Below are positions 59,576 to 64,000 of a stretch of 64,000 bases of DNA, one piece after another. Source of the DNA: an uncultured Gammaproteobacteria bacterium (lineage in GTDB: Bacteria; Pseudomonadota; Gammaproteobacteria; UBA9214); contig CAVYZN010000032.1 of NCBI GenBank assembly GCA_963773065.1, positions 315,526-379,525 of the forward strand. Direction: 5' to 3'. The translations under genes were made by a program, and so were the position numbers. The first letter of the stretch is position 1, and each line of letters starts with the position of its first letter. The notes beneath the pieces are model-generated. The model ran no database searches and was not told the DNA's origin. It saw only the letters and a program-made list of their open reading frames with translations.

Positions 59576-62081
59576 ACCCCTCTCCTCTGGCTGCTCTCCC
59601 CCCAGATGTGGCCTGAGCAATGTCTTGTCTCCTTCTCGAAGCGGGCGATCAGTTCGCGGTTGGCGGCGACCAGCGCCTGCTCGGCTTCGATCTCGGCGAC
59701 GATGGCTTGCTGCGTGGCGAGGGGTGGGAAGGAATTTTGAACTCACTTGGATTCGACTCGATGCTCGAGATTCTTGAAGTGCGCCACCTGATCGCGAGCC
59801 GTACTGGCCTCGAATAGCTCTGCATTCGGAGACGATTCAGAAGATACGCGGTAGCGATCTTCTTTGGCGTCAGATCACCACACTCCGACGATCACGTCAT
59901 GTAGCTCTCGTCCATTTCCAAGGTCGATCGCGCATATCCCGATTGCTGCCTCGCGACAGATGACACCTCGTTCTGCCGGACACAGTGATCAGCGCTCTGA
60001 TGCGTCTTCCTCGGCGAATGAATTATCTGTGCTGTCGTATACATTCCGTCGCGAATAATGTCGCGCTATCATGAGAAGAGGATACTGGGACGTTGACGAA
60101 CGTCGCCCCTTGAGGATGCGCTTCGACCGTCCTTTAACGATGTCGCAGACTTCGCTCCAACTCCACCATCGGCCAGTCGGGGTGGATGGGGATGTGGGGG
60201 CGGTAGTTGTCGAGGACGGCGCGGGCGCCGTTGATGACTTTCTGGTAGCCCTCGATCTCCGCCACGATCTCCTTCTGCACCTCCAGCGGCGGCAGGGGGA
60301 TTTGGAGTTCCGGAGAGATGAGCGTGTCGACACCAGCGAAACCGATTCCCTGGCGTTGCGCCTCACGACGCAGCGATGTCGGCTGCGAAACGCGAAGTAG
60401 AAGCATGGAGCGAGACGTTCGTTGTCTCAGAGACCAGCGCCTGAGGTCTTGATTTATGCATAGTCATGCGTCTGCGAATGCAAACTTTCCGACTGGAGCA
60501 CGTCGTGATGATAAGATGTTGCTCGCTTGAGCGACGTTGATCTTTCTTCAACAGGCTTTCTCGGAAATGAGTTCGTTCTCGGTGATGTAGCCACGTTCGC
60601 CGATGTTCTTTAAGGAGATCCACTTTACATGGCCGCCTTGCATAGCGATTCGTCCGGTTTGACGGTGTTGCCCGCCGATCAGTTCGCAGACTTCACCAAG
60701 TTGAACGGTCGGAAAGTCGAGGGCCGGGAAGCTCCCTCCCGATACCGCTCCCCGCTCAGGTTGTAATCGCCATTCGCGGCGATCTTCTCTTTCGCCACGA
60801 TCAGGCCCGCGTGGGCTGGAAGCTCGGCAGTCGAGATTTACTCCCCGGCGCGTAGGCAGCGTAGGTACTCGTCGATTTCGGCCGCGCCTGCGGCAGGTCG
60901 TTCTTCTCGATCTCGCGGCGCTGGGCACCGAGGCCGAAGCCGTCGTTCTCGATCTTGAAGAAGGCGATGGTGTCGCTTGCGTGGCCAGCGACTTGTCGAG
61001 GATCAGGATCGAGGTCTTGACGCCGGAATAGGGATTGAACACACCCGCCGGCAGCGAGACGACGGCGACGAGATACTCCTCCACCAGCATCTTGCGCAGT
61101 TGCTTGTAGGCGGTCTGGCTCTGGAAGATGATGCCCTCGGGCACGATGATGCCGGCGCGGCCGCCGGGCGTGAGGTGCTCGGCCATGTAGTCCACGAACA
61201 GCACTTCGCTGCGCTTGGACTGCACTGAAAAGCGGTTGTGCGGTTTGATGCCGCCCTTCGGCGACATGAAGGGCGGGTTGGCGAGGATCACGTCGGCGTA
61301 TTCGTTCCAGCGGTCCTGGCTGGTGAGGGTGTCGTACTCGTAGATGTGCGGGTCGGTGAAGCCGTGCAGGTACAGGTTCACCAGCGACAGGCGCACCATG
61401 TCGGGCGAGATGTCGTAGCCTTTGAAGTTGTGCGCGAGGCGGCCCTTGTCGTCGGGCGTCAGCGTGCTGTGGCCCTTCGTCGGTGTTGGCCTTGAGGATG
61501 TGCTTGTAGGACGAGATCAGGAACCCCGCGGTGCCGCAGGCGGGGTCGAGCACGGTCTCGGTCTTCTTCGGGTCGACGATCGCGACCATGAAGTCGATGA
61601 TGTGGCGCGGGGTGCGGAACTGCCCGGCATCGCCCTGCGAGCCGAGCACGGAAAGCAGATACTCGAAGGCGTCGCCGAAGCGCTCGGAGTGGTCGTAGGT
61701 GAACTCGTCGATGATCTTGAGGAAGACGTTCAGGGTCTCCGGGTCGCGGTAGGGCAGATAGGCGTTCTTGAAGATGTCGCGGAACAGCGGCGGGATGCCG
61801 GGGTTCTCCGGCATCTTGGCGATGGCCTCGGCGTAGAGGTTCAGCATCTCGTGGCCGCCCAGCCCGGAGCGCATGAGTTTGGCCCAGCCGTAGCGGGTGA
61901 ACTCCCCGGCGAAGAACTTGCGCTTGCCGCCGAACTCCTCGCTCTCGGCGTCCATGTCGTCCATGAACTTGTAGATCAGGGCGATGGTGATCTGCTCGAC
62001 CTGGCTCTTGGGGTCGGGCACCTTGCCGACGAGAATGTCGCGGGCGGTGTCAATGCGGCGTTTGGTGTCGGTGTCGAGCAT
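59572..62081 (-). CDS. hsdM: type I R-M N6-adenine methyltransferase fused to specificity (S) domains; many frameshifts
   Basis: GQFRTPRHII, LDPACGTAGFL, ANPPF, VSLPAGVF; then IPLPPLEVQKEIVAEIE and PLATQQAIVAEIE conserved S-subunit helices flanking variable TRDs. Confidence 0.88.
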
Positions 62082-62302
62082 GAGAATTCTTATCTTGCAT
62101 TGATGGACAGGATCCGAAGGAATGAGGATTGCATCTGATAATCCGGTGCCCTTATGTCAATTTCTTGTTTAGCGTTAAACGCTTGTATTCAGGCTTAGGA
62201 TTGCCGAAATTAATTACTTCAAAGGCACAATCCCTTCGCGTTTTTGGTGATCTGCTCATGCTTGAATTCCCTAACTTGCCATCTGTTATCCACTTCAATT
62301 TC

Positions 62303-64000
62303 TCATGCGACGAACTGATTCAACGGTACGTAGTCCTTGACGTATTCAGGGATGAGCGTTCGGTACTTCTTCGCACGGCCGGAAGTCGCCGGGTGGAAAA
62401 GACCGGGTTGGTGGCCAGATCGGTGAAGTGGCGGCTTTCGATGATGTGGCGAACCTGATCGCTGGTGACGTAGGCCTTGAAGTAGGTCTTGATGGCCGGG
62501 ATGGCCTCGGCTTCTTCGGGCTTGGTGTCGGCGACGAACTTGGCGAACTCCTCTTCCAGCAGCTCATCCTTGGACTTGAAGCGCGGGATGAGGCCGAATA
62601 TCTTCTCCAGGATCTCGCGCAGTGTCAAGCGACGGTCCACGGCGGCGGATTTGCGCAGCTTGTCGAGGGTGTAGTACTCCTCGGGTTTGTCGAAGACCTC
62701 GCGGTTCACGTAGTCGATAACACGATCCCATTGACCTGATTCGACGGCTTCGCGATGATAGTCGTTCTCGCGCACCGTGTCCTCGAATTCTCGAAGAACA
62801 TGCGGTCGATCTTCATGCCTTCAGCAGGATTTGCTCAACGCGTGAGCGAGGCCATGATGTCCGCGCCAAGGTGCTCGTAAGTTCCGCCCACAACTACCGG
62901 CCCTGTTCCGTCGCCGGTTCACCGCCCCTGCTTGAAGGCCGGGAGCTTCAGCACTTCGTCGTAGTTGAACTCGGTCTCGAAGTACTCGCAGTTGGCGAAG
63001 AAGTCGAAGAGCTTGTAGGCGGTCTTCTGCGACTGCGATACGCCATCCTTGATGCTGTCGTCGAAAAGCTGTTCGATGAAGTTGTGCTTGCGGGTGCCGC
63101 GCCCCTTGATCTGAATGAAATCGGTTGGCGAGAAGATGGGCCGGAAGAGGCCGAGATTGAGGATGTCCGTGCAGTCGTAGCCGGTGGTCATCATGCCGAC
63201 GGTAACGCAGACACGCGCCTTGCTGGTCTTGTAGGCGGGCAGGAAATTGGCCGAGCCGAGCAGATTATTGTTAGTAAAGTTGATGGTGAACTGCTGCGCG
63301 TCGGATCTGGAGGTGACCTGCACGGCGAAATCGGACTGGTACTTGCCGGGGAACATCGGTCGGCCATCTGGTTGAGGATCTGCGCCAGCTTGGCGGCGTG
63401 ATTCTGGCTGACGGCGAAGATGATGGATTGCCGATTTCGCCGCTGACTGGGTCGCGCAGCGCGTTTTCGAGGAAGATCTTGCAGAAAAGCTGGTTGGTGG
63501 CGTCCGCAAAGAAACGCTTTTCGAACTCGCGTTGTTTGAAGGCTTGCTGCTGATCCTCGCCGGTGTCGTCGGTGAACGAGACGACGAAGCCCTCTTCGGA
63601 AAGGAGCTCGGTGGTTATCTCGGTACGGGCATCCACCACCGTCGGATTGATGAGGTATCCATCTTTCACGCCGTCCAACAAGGAGTAGCGGAAGGTCGGC
63701 TGGCTGTCCTCGCAGCCGAAGGTGCGGTAGGTGTCCAGCAGCAAGCGACGTTCCGCCTCGCGCGGGTCGCGGGTGCCCGGATTCGAACGTCGAATCTGCG
63801 GAGGTAGTCGCGCGGCGTGGCCGTCAGGCCGAGCTTGTAGCCAATGAAGTAGTCGAAGACGGCGCGGGCATTGCCACCGATGGAGCGGTGCGCTTCGTCG
63901 GAGATGACCAGGTCGAAGTCGGTTGGCGAGAAGAGCTTCTGGTACTTGTTGTTGAAGAGCAGCGATTGCACGGTGGTGACGACGATTTCGGCGCGCCGCC
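62303..64000 (-). CDS. hsdR: type I restriction endonuclease R subunit (DEAH helicase), 5'-partial, frameshifted
   Basis: ISDEAHRS, GLTATP, MMTTGYD, QIKGRGTR; upstream of the M-S gene. Confidence 0.88.

Overview
GC-rich gammaproteobacterial chromosome segment. The tkt-gap-pgk-(pyk)-fba and metK-ahcY-metF order, plus a sulfur-globule-like protein, suggest a sulfur-oxidising Chromatiales/Thiohalobacterales-type organism (inference). About 1-39.9 kb is mostly housekeeping: the end of the Pil-Chp chemosensory cluster (chpA, chpC), rsmE, bioA, the SAM cycle, the Calvin/glycolysis operon, a PAS-GGDEF-EAL protein, nnrS, srkA, two Na+/H+ antiporters, djlA, DAHP synthase and mtgA. About 40-64 kb is accessory: a candidate sRNA, Lhr helicase, an orphan Sel1-vWA-ABC (PpkA/TagST-like) operon, a VPLPA-CTERM protein, ahr, a SagB-type nitroreductase, a di-heme protein, PilZ, a decayed toxin-antitoxin pair and a type I R-M locus running off the window edge. 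Many genes, including essential ones, carry single-base frameshifts that become denser toward the right end. These look like long-read consensus errors, so the ORFs were re-joined by eye and some ends are approximate. At least five families of small palindromic or MITE-like repeats are present, and several sit at gene-truncation points (pyk, PIN toxin, an ABC-three-component-like gene, a hypothetical gene). No rRNA, tRNA or CRISPR array was found.
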